Shown here: positions 14,363-25,700 of the stretch, piece by piece
Layout: each line of letters begins with the position of its first letter
Position numbering within the stretch: the first letter of the stretch is position 1
Assembly: GCA_951406725.2 (NCBI GenBank)
Contig: OX597830.1
Coordinates: forward strand, 46,004,001 to 46,068,000
DNA: 64,000 nt
Origin: Octopus vulgaris
Lineage: Eukaryota
Direction of reading: 5' to 3'
Notes under the pieces: model-generated
Told to the model about the DNA's origin: nothing
What the model saw: only the letters and a program-made list of their open reading frames with translations
Databases searched by the model: none
Position numbers and translations under genes: made by a program

Positions 14363-15435
14363 CACATATGCAATCGCACACATACGTACACACACGCATC
14401 ATATACATTGAACGTTAAGTAACTAATAAAGTTATGAGCGATCGCCGACTGAAATGAAAGTTCTCTTTGCTCTGTAAAATAGTTGAAGCAAGCCTGGCTA
14501 TGCAGTATCATAGCAAAGGTTTTAGCTGTATAACTATCCCAAAACAGGCTACTTTAGGTAGTTATGTAGCATTTTTAGAGATTTTGATGATTATTGTTTA
14601 TCGTAGGTTAATCTTAAAGAAGTAGGCCTATAATCAAAGCGTTTCTAGCCGTGACCATCCAGATTATTATTTACGGTGACAATTCTATATTTTAAGATAA
14701 GCGAGTGATCTGGCTGAGGTGTTTAGCACACAGAGCGTATAACAGGTATGAATATCCCGTAATACTTTTGTATAACACATTAATTTAATGATTATAGAAA
14801 TATATTAACATTTTACTAAAACTTTGTAACTCAGTCTTTTAGTGTGACTCCATTGGTTTTCGATTCTTTCTCTCCCACATTCACTCAGGTTTTCTCCCAA
14901 TCTAGTTTCGGTGGAGTCGGGCGATCCTCGTTTTATCAGCAGCGCAATGTATAGTATACTTTATACCAGTGGTTCTTAAACTGGTCCTACCAAAAATATC
15001 AGTGGAATTTTTGGCCCCCACTCTTTATTAATGAGTAGCTAAATTAAAGTTTGGTGTCCATGGTTTGGAACAAGCTTAAAAAATCATCTTAATTATATTT
15101 GTCATGGCTATATTTCGCCCCTTTTCAATCCTCACAGGATTCCGTCCTTGAAGAAACACTGTTCTATGCTAACTGCAATGTAGCATAGATTTACAAACGA
15201 CCATGTCTGGTAAGTTCCGCTGCTAAAACAAAATATTCCCTATACCTGGCGTGAAGTTACGTCATTGACTCAAATTGATGACTTTCTTAAGCATTCGTAA
15301 TAGGACGGGACTGAAATTCTGCTTTTAAAATTGGGCTTTTAATAGTTTATTCTAGGAAAACGTCTTTAAATTTTTAGAAAGCTCCGAAGTCGAATCTTAG
15401 AGCAGAAAATTAACAAAGTTTCAGAAAAGGCTTAC

Positions 15436-15593
15436 GGTATTCCAAGTCGTGATAATGTATTGTAGTTTTTGGAGGAATGTTTTAGCTTGCATCACTTCTT
15501 CCATGTATTTATACATATATTCATCATATACAAGAGCCATTTCTATACTAAGTCTCTCCTTGGGTTGTTCAATACTTTGGACTTGTTTCAGAA
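15436..15593 (-). CDS. ADAMTS-like exon 7 (start of catalytic domain)
   Basis: VLKQVQSIEQPKERLSIEMALVYDEYMYKY...WNT contains the reprolysin first-strand E..hV.D motif; |gtaag. Confidence 0.88.
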
Positions 15594-15984
15594 CTTCACA
15601 TAAGAAACAAAAGTGGAAATACGAAAATAATATTTCTTGTCATCGATTAAACAAGTAATTTGGACAAAATACACAAATATTTTAATATCATATTATATTA
15701 TATTATCATATATAATATTACCTCTATTGTCAAAATTTACTAAAACATTTATAAACACCAAATATTGTGTGTCAAATACTTATTCTTTTTGTCTGCATTT
15801 TTGTATGTCGGATCGTCACTGTTTTCCAACCGACCTGTTTTCTTGTTTGCGTATCAACCTTCAATTTGTCCGGATAACTGAGTATTTATACTGCAGCTTA
15901 TCATTTCAATAAATGCCACGCATAAGACCACAGTAATTGCGATTCATTTTAATCTTAATGTCTTTGGCTAGAGTATTTACAGAC

Positions 15985-16047
15985 CTCTGAAATCCTGCAG
16001 CTTGAGCATTTTACATATTTCATGTTTCTTGTAACTCATAATAAAAT
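15985..16047 (-). CDS. ADAMTS-like exon 6 (end of pro-domain)
   Basis: ttttttcag|, DFIMSYKKHEICKMLKLQDFR; phase 1-1; donor ambiguous (AG|gtctgt at 15985 or AT|gtaaaa at 16015). Confidence 0.6.
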
Positions 16048-16168
16048 CTGAAAAAATGAATCTGGGTTTGACTAAACCTAGATTCATTTTTGCCATTACC
16101 AGTTTTAACTCGAGAAAAGATATCTAAAACAAATTAACTGTTTTATTAAACCTAATAATTTAGCTTAC

Positions 16169-16283
16169 CATTCTCCATAAGGACTCCGGATTGTCTGGCT
16201 GCAATAAGATATTGACCTGGTCTACAGTTTGGTTCTGGTGGTAATACTTGGTAATCCGTTCCATTAGTAGTAATTATTCCACG
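16169..16283 (-). CDS. ADAMTS-like exon 5 (pro-domain)
   Basis: RGIITTNGTDYQVLPPEPNCRPGQYLIAARQSGVLMEN continues the CDGLxG motif; canonical splice sites. Confidence 0.88.
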
Positions 16284-16888
16284 CTAAAAAATTTTGGAAA
16301 AGATGTTATCTAGTAATATTAAGAATAAAGTTTTGTGTCTGTAATATTATGGGTAGGTTACTTGACTTAACACAGAATGTAGAAAAGCAATCAAAATTAT
16401 CTAAATAATGGAAATTCTTAAGAAGCACTCAACCGAACCCTAATTTCATATCGCTGAGGAAAACAGGCCGTGAAAGGAACACGCTAAATGCCACTCCTTA
16501 GAATTTAACTTTTGGTTCTGACCGAAGCCAAATTTAAGAACTGACTCTTGTTCTTTCATTATTTTGTGATCCATTCAGTTCATGTCTAAAGGAAGGAATA
16601 TCTAGATTGAGTAATTTGAGCAGCATTTTTCCTGTAGATTTCTCCATATTATTTTATCCAGTAAAAAGAATCTTGTGCAGCAGACAAGTTTTGCTAAGCG
16701 GTTAAGTATAATCTGTTTCTCTGAATAAGAACACCAGGTAATTTCAATATTGTAGGTTGTCGCTTTAAAGTAACATATCAAATATAAGAAAACCTTGACC
16801 GAATAGCTGCAACAAAGTAACATTGAAGAAAGGAGCCAATAAACCGGGATCGGATCAAGGCTTTCCCTTTCTCTCTTCTCTCTCCCTA

Positions 16889-16986
<98 letters not shown>

Positions 16987-17259
16987 TGTAAATAAAATGG
17001 AGTTGCTACGTTTTGCTATACATCAATTCTGCAGAAGGAGTTGGTGGGAAAACGGGAAAAAGTATTTAGTCTGAAATAAAAGGTGTTTATCTTATCTTTC
17101 AATTGGATAAAGTCTGATATACATCTTTTGCGAGAGACTTATTTTCGAAATAAATATGGTTTGTTCAGTTAGACAGAATAGTTCAGAAATGCAATGACAA
17201 TAAACTGTAGCATATTGAATTTAATTGCATATCAGAATAATGACAAAAATTATGCTTAC

Positions 17260-17497
17260 CAAACCATCACAGAAAGATAAAGATGCCATTCCATTACCAT
17301 TTAGAGTTTTACCAATTACGTGACATTTCGGAAGAAATGTGACATTTTGAACATGTTCTTCTTGACTGTCGAAAAGGATCACTTCACAGTTGGGATGGAA
17401 AACAGAACTTGGTTCCCAGAGCAAAAGATCGATGTTGAAGGATTCAGTATAAATGCTGAGAGTAAAGTTTTTACGGTTAACAAAAGTAACTTCGTCT
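17260..17497 (-). CDS. ADAMTS-like exon 4 (pro-domain)
   Basis: RDEVTFVN...CHVIGKTLNGNGMASLSFCDGL is a typical M12B propeptide signature; |gtaag. Confidence 0.9.
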
Positions 17498-18801
17498 CTA
17501 AAATACAAAACGATGTTGAAAATTAAAATGTGGTTGTGGCGACAATGTTTATTAGTTGTCGTTATAACTGTAATAGTACAGAATTATAATATTATTTAAT
17601 TAATTAATTACAATTATAATTACGGAATAAGTGACAATAATATCGACCTTCCATGCATCCTCTTTAGGTTGCTGTTTAACTTTCCGCTAGTATTAATTCT
17701 TAATTAACATTCATTGTAAATAAGGCGATGAACCGGCAAAATGCGAGCACTTTTCTTTCCCCCACCCCGAGAAATAGCTGGCTTTGCGTCAATGTTACTT
17801 TCAAATTTCGGCACAAGGCCAGCAATTTTAAGGGAGGGGTAAGTTGATGACATCCGCCCCAGTGTTCAACTAATACTTATTTAGTCAACTCCGAAAGGAT
17901 GAAAAGCAAAGTCGGCCTCTACGGAAGTTGAATTCAGAACAAAGACGAAATGCCGCAAAGCATTCTTTACGGTGTGCTAACGTTTCTGCGAGTACGCAAC
18001 CTTAAATTCTTTTTAATTAATATTAAGATTTTGCTCCGTAGGTTCTAATCTTATTCAAAGCAGTCTTTATCGCTCAGCCAACAAATATATCTATTTACTC
18101 GTATCAGTGTCGTGCATTTAAATGCCCCATTCCTCAATAGTTGATTGGTCTTAATGAGTTTGAGGGAATGCGAATGGCATTCATGTCGCCCTCTTCTAAG
18201 GCAGCGGTTCCCAATATTCCACTTTAGGTTCCTTCCGCACTGCTTAGAAACGATATTTATTATCCAAAGTCTTTATAAGAGGACTCGTCGCTATTAACGA
18301 AAAAAGCAGAATAACAAAGGTGCAATTCTAGAGAAACGGTAGTTATAGTTGTGTATGCGTGTGTGAGTATGTGTGAGTATGTGTATATATATTTATGTGT
18401 GTGTGTGTGTGTGTGTGTTTGTGTAATAATGAATTTTCTAATACATTTATCAATGAAAGGAGCTTTTTATGAAACTGTAGATTGCCAGGTGACCCGACTT
18501 GGTATTTCATCCCAGTATACAAACATCTTACAAACATCAATTTGTGCCAAATTCTCTAGACCTTTTGGAAAAATATATTTTATGCCTAATTTTGAAATTG
18601 CAATTACAACGTAAAAATATCAATTAATAAGAAAATATACTTAGTTTCGACTAAACATGAGAACTACATAACATCCTTTGTTTTTATCACTTACAATGCT
18701 ACTGAACGGAAACTTAACACTATCTTTATTTCAACAAAGCTGCAAATTATAAAAGTCTATGACTTTCTGATCGAATCAAACAAATTATCCTAATTTAGAA
18801 A

Positions 18802-19164
18802 GTGGAGGCGCAATGGTCCAGTGGTTAGGGCAGCGGACTCGCGGTCATAGGATCGCGGTTTCGATTCCCGGACCGGGCGTTGTGAGTGTTTATTGAGCGA
18901 AAACACCTAATGCTCCACGAGGCTCCAGCAGGGATGGTGGTGATCCCTGCTGTACTCTTTCAACACAACTTTCTCTCACTCTTACTTCCTGTTTCTGTTG
19001 TACCTGTATTTTCAAAGGGCCGGCCTTGTCACTCTCTGTGTCACGCTAAGGGTACACGTGTCTGTGGAGTGCTCAGCCACTTACACGTTAATTTCACGAA
19101 CAGGCTGTTCCGTTGATTCGGATCAACCGGAACCCTCATCGTCGTAACCGACGGAGTGCTTCCA
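18802..19164 (+). mobile_element. tRNA-derived SINE with 13-bp TSD
   Basis: tRNA-like head with A/B boxes (tggtccagtggttagg...gtttcgattcc); TSD cctaatttagaaa at 18789-18801 and 19165-19177. Confidence 0.9.
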
Positions 19165-19390
19165 CCTAATTTAGAAATTACGATATTTTCTAAAAATCTA
19201 ATTCCTTCCCAATTCCTCTTCCGTTACCTATCAAAATTCCTTGCTTCAGACCAGAAAATCCTTTCAAAGAATTTAATGCTACCTTGTTGGGAAATACTAC
19301 TATAAAGCATTCTCGACGTAGGGTAAATGAACTGGTTCTGCTAAGAATTCACGGAGAAATTATCTACGCCCAACATTCTTTCGCCACAGT

Positions 19391-19776
19391 TGGAAGCACT
19401 CCGTCGGTTACGACGACGAGGGTTTCGGTTGATCCGAATCAACGGAACAGCCTGCTCGTGAAATTAACGTGTAAGTGGCTGAGCACTCCACAGACACGTG
19501 TACCCTTAACGTAGTTCTCGGGGATATTCAGCATGACACAGAGAGTGACAAGGCCGGCCCCTTGAAATACAGGTACAACAGAAACAGAAAGTAAGAGTGA
19601 GAGAAAGTTGTGGTGAAAGAGTACAGCAGGGATCCCCACCATCCCCTGCCGGAGCCTCGTGGAGCTTTTAGGTGTTTTCGCTCAATAAACACTCACAACG
19701 CCCGGTCTGGGAATCGAAACCGCGATCCTATGACCGCGAGTCCGCTGCCCTAACCACTGGGCCATTGCGCATCCAC
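19391..19776 (-). mobile_element. Second copy of the same SINE, inverted, with ~125-bp flanking duplication
   Basis: Reverse complement of 18802-19164; flanked by direct repeats 19263-19391 and 19777-19900. Confidence 0.9.
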
Positions 19777-20039
19777 TTCAACGAATTTAATGCTACCTTG
19801 TTGGGAAATACTACTATAACTATGACGTAGGGTAAATGAACTGGTTCTGCTAAGAATTCACGGAGAAATTATCTACGCCCAACATTCTTTCGCCACAGTT
19901 ATTCAGGTGATGAATACTAATGGCATTCAGATAATTCAGCGCTATATACATTATGCATGAAAATAATAAACGGGGTCAGGAATGACTTTAAACTCTTAGA
20001 TGATTGCAAAAAAGGTTTGAAAATGTTAAGTCAGTTTAC

Positions 20040-20088
20040 CTCAAAAAATCAGCATTAATGGTAGCCCAGTGGAAATCGTTGAAACCAT
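20040..20088 (-). CDS. ADAMTS-like exon 3
   Basis: cttttag|, DGFNDFHWATINADFL, GAG|gtaaac; phase 1 to 2 joins exons 2 and 4 in frame. Confidence 0.75.
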
Positions 20089-20199
20089 CTAAAAGAGTCA
20101 AAAGAGTAATAGACTGATTGGTGTTGCAACAGGAATATATAACGTGTTCTGTCTAATATATCATAACTGATATCTACCTATATATATATATATATATAC

Positions 20200-20236
20200 A
20201 TAATGTTTAGAAGGGGAGACAGTACATTTTGTATTC

Positions 20237-20297
<61 letters not shown>

Positions 20298-20458
20298 GGG
20301 AAGCTTTATGAAAATAAACAAAAGACGAAGGCAGGTGGAATACAAACAAACAATTGTATTAGTATGGCGCTCAGGAATATAAATAAAACAAGTCTTTTAC
20401 GTTTCGTGCCTACGCTCTTCAACAGAAAGATACACAGAAAAGAAACACGGAGAGAAAC

Positions 20459-20528
<70 letters not shown>

Positions 20529-20790
20529 GAGATAAGGTACTTAGAAATCTGGATGGTTTTATATTTACAGATTTGTATTAAAATGTCACATGTTTTTTTT
20601 ATAAATCATATATTAGCGCTTGCATCCACTCTAGTGGATTCTTCAGAATATGCAGCGACGGAAATGTGCAAATGTGCACGGGACGATCCGCAATACCTAA
20701 AAGCAATGGAACTACAGTTCATCAAAAAATTCTCTCCAAAATTGAATGTTTGGAAGGGGAGACAGTACATTTTGTATTCTAAATATAACT
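20200..20790. mobile_element. Rearranged Penelope-like relics
   Basis: GIY-YIG C-terminus-like LKAMELQFIKKFSPKLN (~20695-20747), direct repeat 20202-20243/20745-20787, two HHR-like motifs on the minus strand. Confidence 0.6.
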
Positions 20791-21023
20791 CAAAGAGAAA
20801 AAGAAAAAGGAAGAAAGATGGAAAAGGGGAAGAGAGAAAGAAAGCAAAATGACTTTCAGTGATGACCAAACTGCACCAGTTTTTTTTTTATGAGGTCACC
20901 ATCCTTAAACCCGTTCCAATAAAATGGTAAAGGACTAAATAAATAAATGGTGAATAGGAAGGGGGATATCCCTTCTCTTCTTCTCCCTCTACATATCTGT
21001 CTATTTATCTGACTATCTATCTG

Positions 21024-21119
<96 letters not shown>

Positions 21120-21444
21120 ACCGTCTATCTGTCTGTCTGTCTCTCAGCCTATCTATCTATCTATCTATCTACCTACCCATATTTTTATCAATCCATCTCC
21201 ATTATGATGGAACCTCATCCCAAAAACAAAAGCAATGTTCTTTTCTAAACAACCCCCCACCCTCACCCCCAAAAGATCTGATTTATATAAATGAACAAGC
21301 TGTTCGTACATTCACAAAATTTTATTTGACAAATTCGAGAAAGGAGCGACAGCGCTAGTAATAATGAAGGAATAAAAAGATTATTTTTCAAAAATTCTGA
21401 CGACTTTTTTCTCAACATATAAATATATATGTGTGTGTGTGAGT

Positions 21445-21782
21445 GTATGCTGAGACCCCCTTCGGTCATGGCTGACCATGGGATTACACCTAGAAAGTTA
21501 CTCTCCCAGGCACAAGTCTGGGGCAAGGTTGTTTTTATGGAAAACTGGCAGTCGCCCATGCATGCCAGCCTCCCCTCTCCACGCCACCAGTGTTATCCAA
21601 GGGAAAGGCAAAGGCTGATACAGCTTGCCACCTGTGACATAGCAACTCATTTCTACAGCTGACTGAACTGGAGCAACGTGAAATAAAGTGTCTTGCTCAA
21701 GAACACAACACGCAGCCCAGTCCGGGAATCGAACTCACCTCACAATCGTAAGCTCGACGCTCTAACCACTGAGCCATGCGCC

Positions 21783-21785
<3 letters not shown>
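21445..21785 (-). mobile_element. tRNA-derived SINE (different family)
   Basis: Reverse-complement head gaaggcgcatggctcagtggttagagcgtcg...gagttcgattcccgg. Confidence 0.8.
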
Positions 21786-21833
<48 letters not shown>

Positions 21834-21834
21834 G

Positions 21835-21887
<53 letters not shown>

Positions 21888-22072
21888 ATAAAAATGGTAA
21901 GACAACAAATGAATAAATGTGACCTCGATATTATGTAATGAAAGAGACCTCGATATTATAAAGAGGAATTTATCTGTAAATGAAATATGTGACAGCTGTT
22001 GTGAATTTTGAACACCATTTGTGTTCTTTTATATATATATATTCGGTAGCTATGATAAAACTCCGATGGCCG

Positions 22073-22133
22073 GATAACTGAAGAGATGGCGGCGTGGATT
22101 TCCACCCCGACATCCGAAACTCGGAGTTTTATC
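22073..22133 (+). ncRNA. Minimal type-I hammerhead ribozyme
   Basis: gataa-CTGAAGA-(gatggcggcgtggatttccaccccgacatcc)-GAAA-ctcggag-TT-ttatc; all three stems can form. Confidence 0.75.
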
Positions 22134-22175
22134 ATGGCTACCGAATAATTGTCACATATTACATTTACACATAAA

Positions 22176-22256
<81 letters not shown>

Positions 22257-23057
22257 AGAGAGATCAGTTGCAAGCTTCATTAGAAGCAAGGCATATCAAC
22301 ATGTAGGGCGCCAGGGTTGGCTGGGTACTTAGTACTGAGCCTATAGTGTGTTGAAGCAACTCATAGTTGTCATTTATTGGTAGTGTACACACACACATAT
22401 ATACATACAGGCAGACACATATATACATCGATACGTAATCCAATATAAATTGTAGATCCAATCCAGGAATGGTTCCAAATGTCGCGCATGTATAAAAAGA
22501 ATACAAATGAAGTTCAAAATTCCCAACAGCTGTTTCGGCAGCACTTTTATTGGTGTGTTTTTAGGTTACAACATGAATGTAAGATTGCATCAATAAAATG
22601 ATGTCGAAACAGCTGTTGTGAATTTTGAACACCATTTGTGTTCTTTTATATATATATATATTTTATGGTCCACGCATTTTATTATAATATATGGTCCACA
22701 CATACAATTAGATAACTCCCGCTCCCTATCACCCCAAGAACCCTGGGACATATTTGATGTCCAAATAATCTGAAAGAATTCTATATTCAATGAAATGATA
22801 TTCTGATAATTAAAAATAAAATATGAGTTTGACCATTTTTGACCTTGACAACATACGCTTTCGTGCTATGATTCAACAATAAATTGTAACACACAGTTCT
22901 TTGGTAGCAGAGAATTTAGATTATTTGGAACAAAAAACAGAATTTCGACAAAAATCCGAAAATAAAAGTCTCTCGTTATTTCCTCACATTATGAAACTGG
23001 AGAAGGCAACAGAATTTACCAATATTGAAGTTAAATTACTGAATATGTTAGACTTAC

Positions 23058-23112
23058 CACGATGGAGAGCGTCTTTCATTGTGTGGCAAGAGAAATTTTC
23101 AGAAGGAATTTT
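23058..23112 (-). CDS. ADAMTS-like exon 2
   Basis: Pyrimidine tract + tag|, KIPSENFSCHTMKDALHR, |gtaagt; phase 0 to 1. Confidence 0.8.
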
Positions 23113-24181
23113 CTAGAGACAAAAAAAAAAAAGCAATTAGTTTCAGTTATTCGAATTGAAGGCAATTAAACAATAACACAATGGCAACTATAAAACAATT
23201 TTTCTCTACAGTCGGGACAGTTGTAAGGAATGGTATGCGGAGCAGACGATGGAGGAAACTTGAATGTTCAAACTAATCTTTTTAATGAGCAAAATGAACA
23301 GAAAAGAAAAAAGTAAAGTGTGGTGGAATAACGATGCCACAATAAAGTAGTGAGTACAATGTTATCGGATTTAATAAAGTAAATGTCATAAATCTAATTA
23401 GAAATATTTATATGGAGACAAGACAACATTACCTTAATAACGAAACATTTCGAATCAGTTTTTAATTATTTTGACAAGTAGGAGAGATAACCGAGGACAT
23501 GTTTCAGCCTTAACAGACATCCTCAGGGAAGTATACAATTCACCGTTCTTACTGAAGTAAGAGCCACTGAGTAGATATACAATACTATATACGAGTTTAT
23601 ATTTTTTGTCTGTGTGAGACATATTCATTTAGAACCAAACCAAAGCTATTTTCAGTCGGAAATCTACAATTTACATTAGTGTGAAATTTCAAGTTACTTG
23701 TGGAAATACAAATGAATAAAAAACATTCGATTCACTCAAGAACCGATGTCTGTGTGTGAGTTACGATAGTGAACCTTATGACCAATAGCTATTTCTCACA
23801 ACAGGGAACTTTTTTTTTCTTTTTGTTAGATAATGTTCCTCGAACAAAATAAGACTGCGGAAGATTATCTCTTATCCAGTTATAGTCAAAAGAGGGTCCG
23901 GTCAAGATTTATATATTAAGAAAACACTATTAACTACACGGATGATTCAAAACTTTTCTTGATGTTTATAGCCGGATGGATGGGTTCAGGTCAGTCTCAG
24001 TCCCGCGGCTTTTCTGTGCACAACGGAGGACAGGGGTCAGTGGTGGTTGCTAAATGCCAGGGCATCTAAAGTGGCATTCCAACCACTGACTTCACCATCC
24101 ACGGAAGATACTGATGGCGCTGCTGCTACTGTTGCTATTGCTGATGATGACGACGATGACGATGATGACGATGATGACGAC

Positions 24182-24218
<37 letters not shown>

Positions 24219-24242
24219 ACGACGATAGTGATGATGATGATA

Positions 24243-24274
<32 letters not shown>

Positions 24275-24484
24275 GTGACGAAGCGAGGTGCATGTATCTT
24301 ATTTAAGGCTGCAGCGCAGATAGGCTGTCTCCGTAGCGATTCGGACAGCCAAACGAGACTCTCCAAAACCTCATGAATCTAAATTAAATGCTGTAAAAAA
24401 AAAAATTAATAAACTGACACAAATGATTGCAGAAAAGCTTTAGAAACGATGAGCAGCAAATAGTTTCGCATCTCAACATCTTAC

Positions 24485-24559
24485 CTGGGGCAATGGATCT
24501 GGTTGCACATTACAACACAAAGTCAGGAACATCAGACAAAATATGAGAAATGCTTTCAT
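24485..24559 (-). CDS. ADAMTS-like exon 1 (signal peptide)
   Basis: acc-ATG, MKAFLIFCLMFLTLCCNVQPDPLPQ, donor CAG|gtaag, phase 0. Confidence 0.85.
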
Positions 24560-24990
24560 GGTGAAGAAATTGTGAAGCGAGCTTCTCGCTAACAATTATT
24601 ATATAAAACATGATTAGGTATCATTACCCATTTATATATATATATATATAACGTAATTATACAAGGCGAGGTACGTAGTTTCATCTCCTTATAAGTATTA
24701 ATAATGAAGCCCGTAATTAATAGAACTGATAATATGAAACTGTCTCCGTCTTCGTAATTAAAACTCGTTCACCTCTGTCATGCTCGCATCTTTTGGCCAA
24801 TCCGCAACAATTTATACTGACACGTGACTGTTATGTTCTGGCTGCGTTGGCGGGAACCTCTCCCCGTTTCACTGATTTAGTAATATTTGCATTAGAATTC
24901 TTTCCAACACGAAAACAACTTATTATCTCTAATTATTACCGTTCACTATCTTTGCACACACTCGCTCACTCATTCACGCACGCACGCATG

Positions 24991-25067
<77 letters not shown>

Positions 25068-25149
25068 TCTCTCTCTCTCTCGAATCTGAAAATAATTTTC
25101 TCTTTTTCCATTCTCTTTTTCCGTACTTCCTGCAGCACTCTAATTCGTT

Positions 25150-25700
25150 GCATGTATGTATGTATGTATGTATGTATGTATGTATGTATGTATGTATGTA
25201 TGTATGTATGTATGTATGTATGTATGTATGTGTGTGTGTATGTATGTGTGTGTGTATGTACGTACGTACGTATGTATGTATGTATGAATGTATGTATGTA
25301 TGTATGTATGTATGTATGTATGTATGTATGTGTGTGTGTGTATGTCTGTATGTAAGTATGTGTGTGTATGTAGGTATGTATGTATGTATGTATGTATGTG
25401 TGTGTATGTGTGTATGTAAGTATGTGTGTGTATGTATGCATGTGTGTATGTACGTACGTACGTATGTATGTATGTATGTATGTATGTGTGTGTATGTATG
25501 TATGTATGTATGTATGTGTGTGTGTATGTGTGTATGTGTGTATGTACGTATGTGTGTATGTATGTATGTATGTATGTATGTATGTATGTATGTATGTATG
25601 TATGTATGTGTGTGTATGTGTGTGTTTAAGTATGTGTGAGTGTATGTATGTGCGTATGTATGTATGTATCTGTGCGTATGTGTGTGTGTGTGTGTGCATG
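25150..25700. repeat. Compound (TATG)n/(TG)n microsatellite
   Basis: Direct reading. Confidence 0.98.

Noticed and set aside
18802-18878. Possible tRNA gene (also ~21710-21785 and 58757-58830)
   Set aside because: tRNA-like heads continue into SINE bodies, two with clear TSDs; no proper acceptor stem or terminator.
19263-19900. Direct repeats as LTRs or CRISPR-like repeats
   Set aside because: Only two copies, no TG...CA ends or PBS, and they abut a SINE exactly; eukaryotic context with no cas genes.
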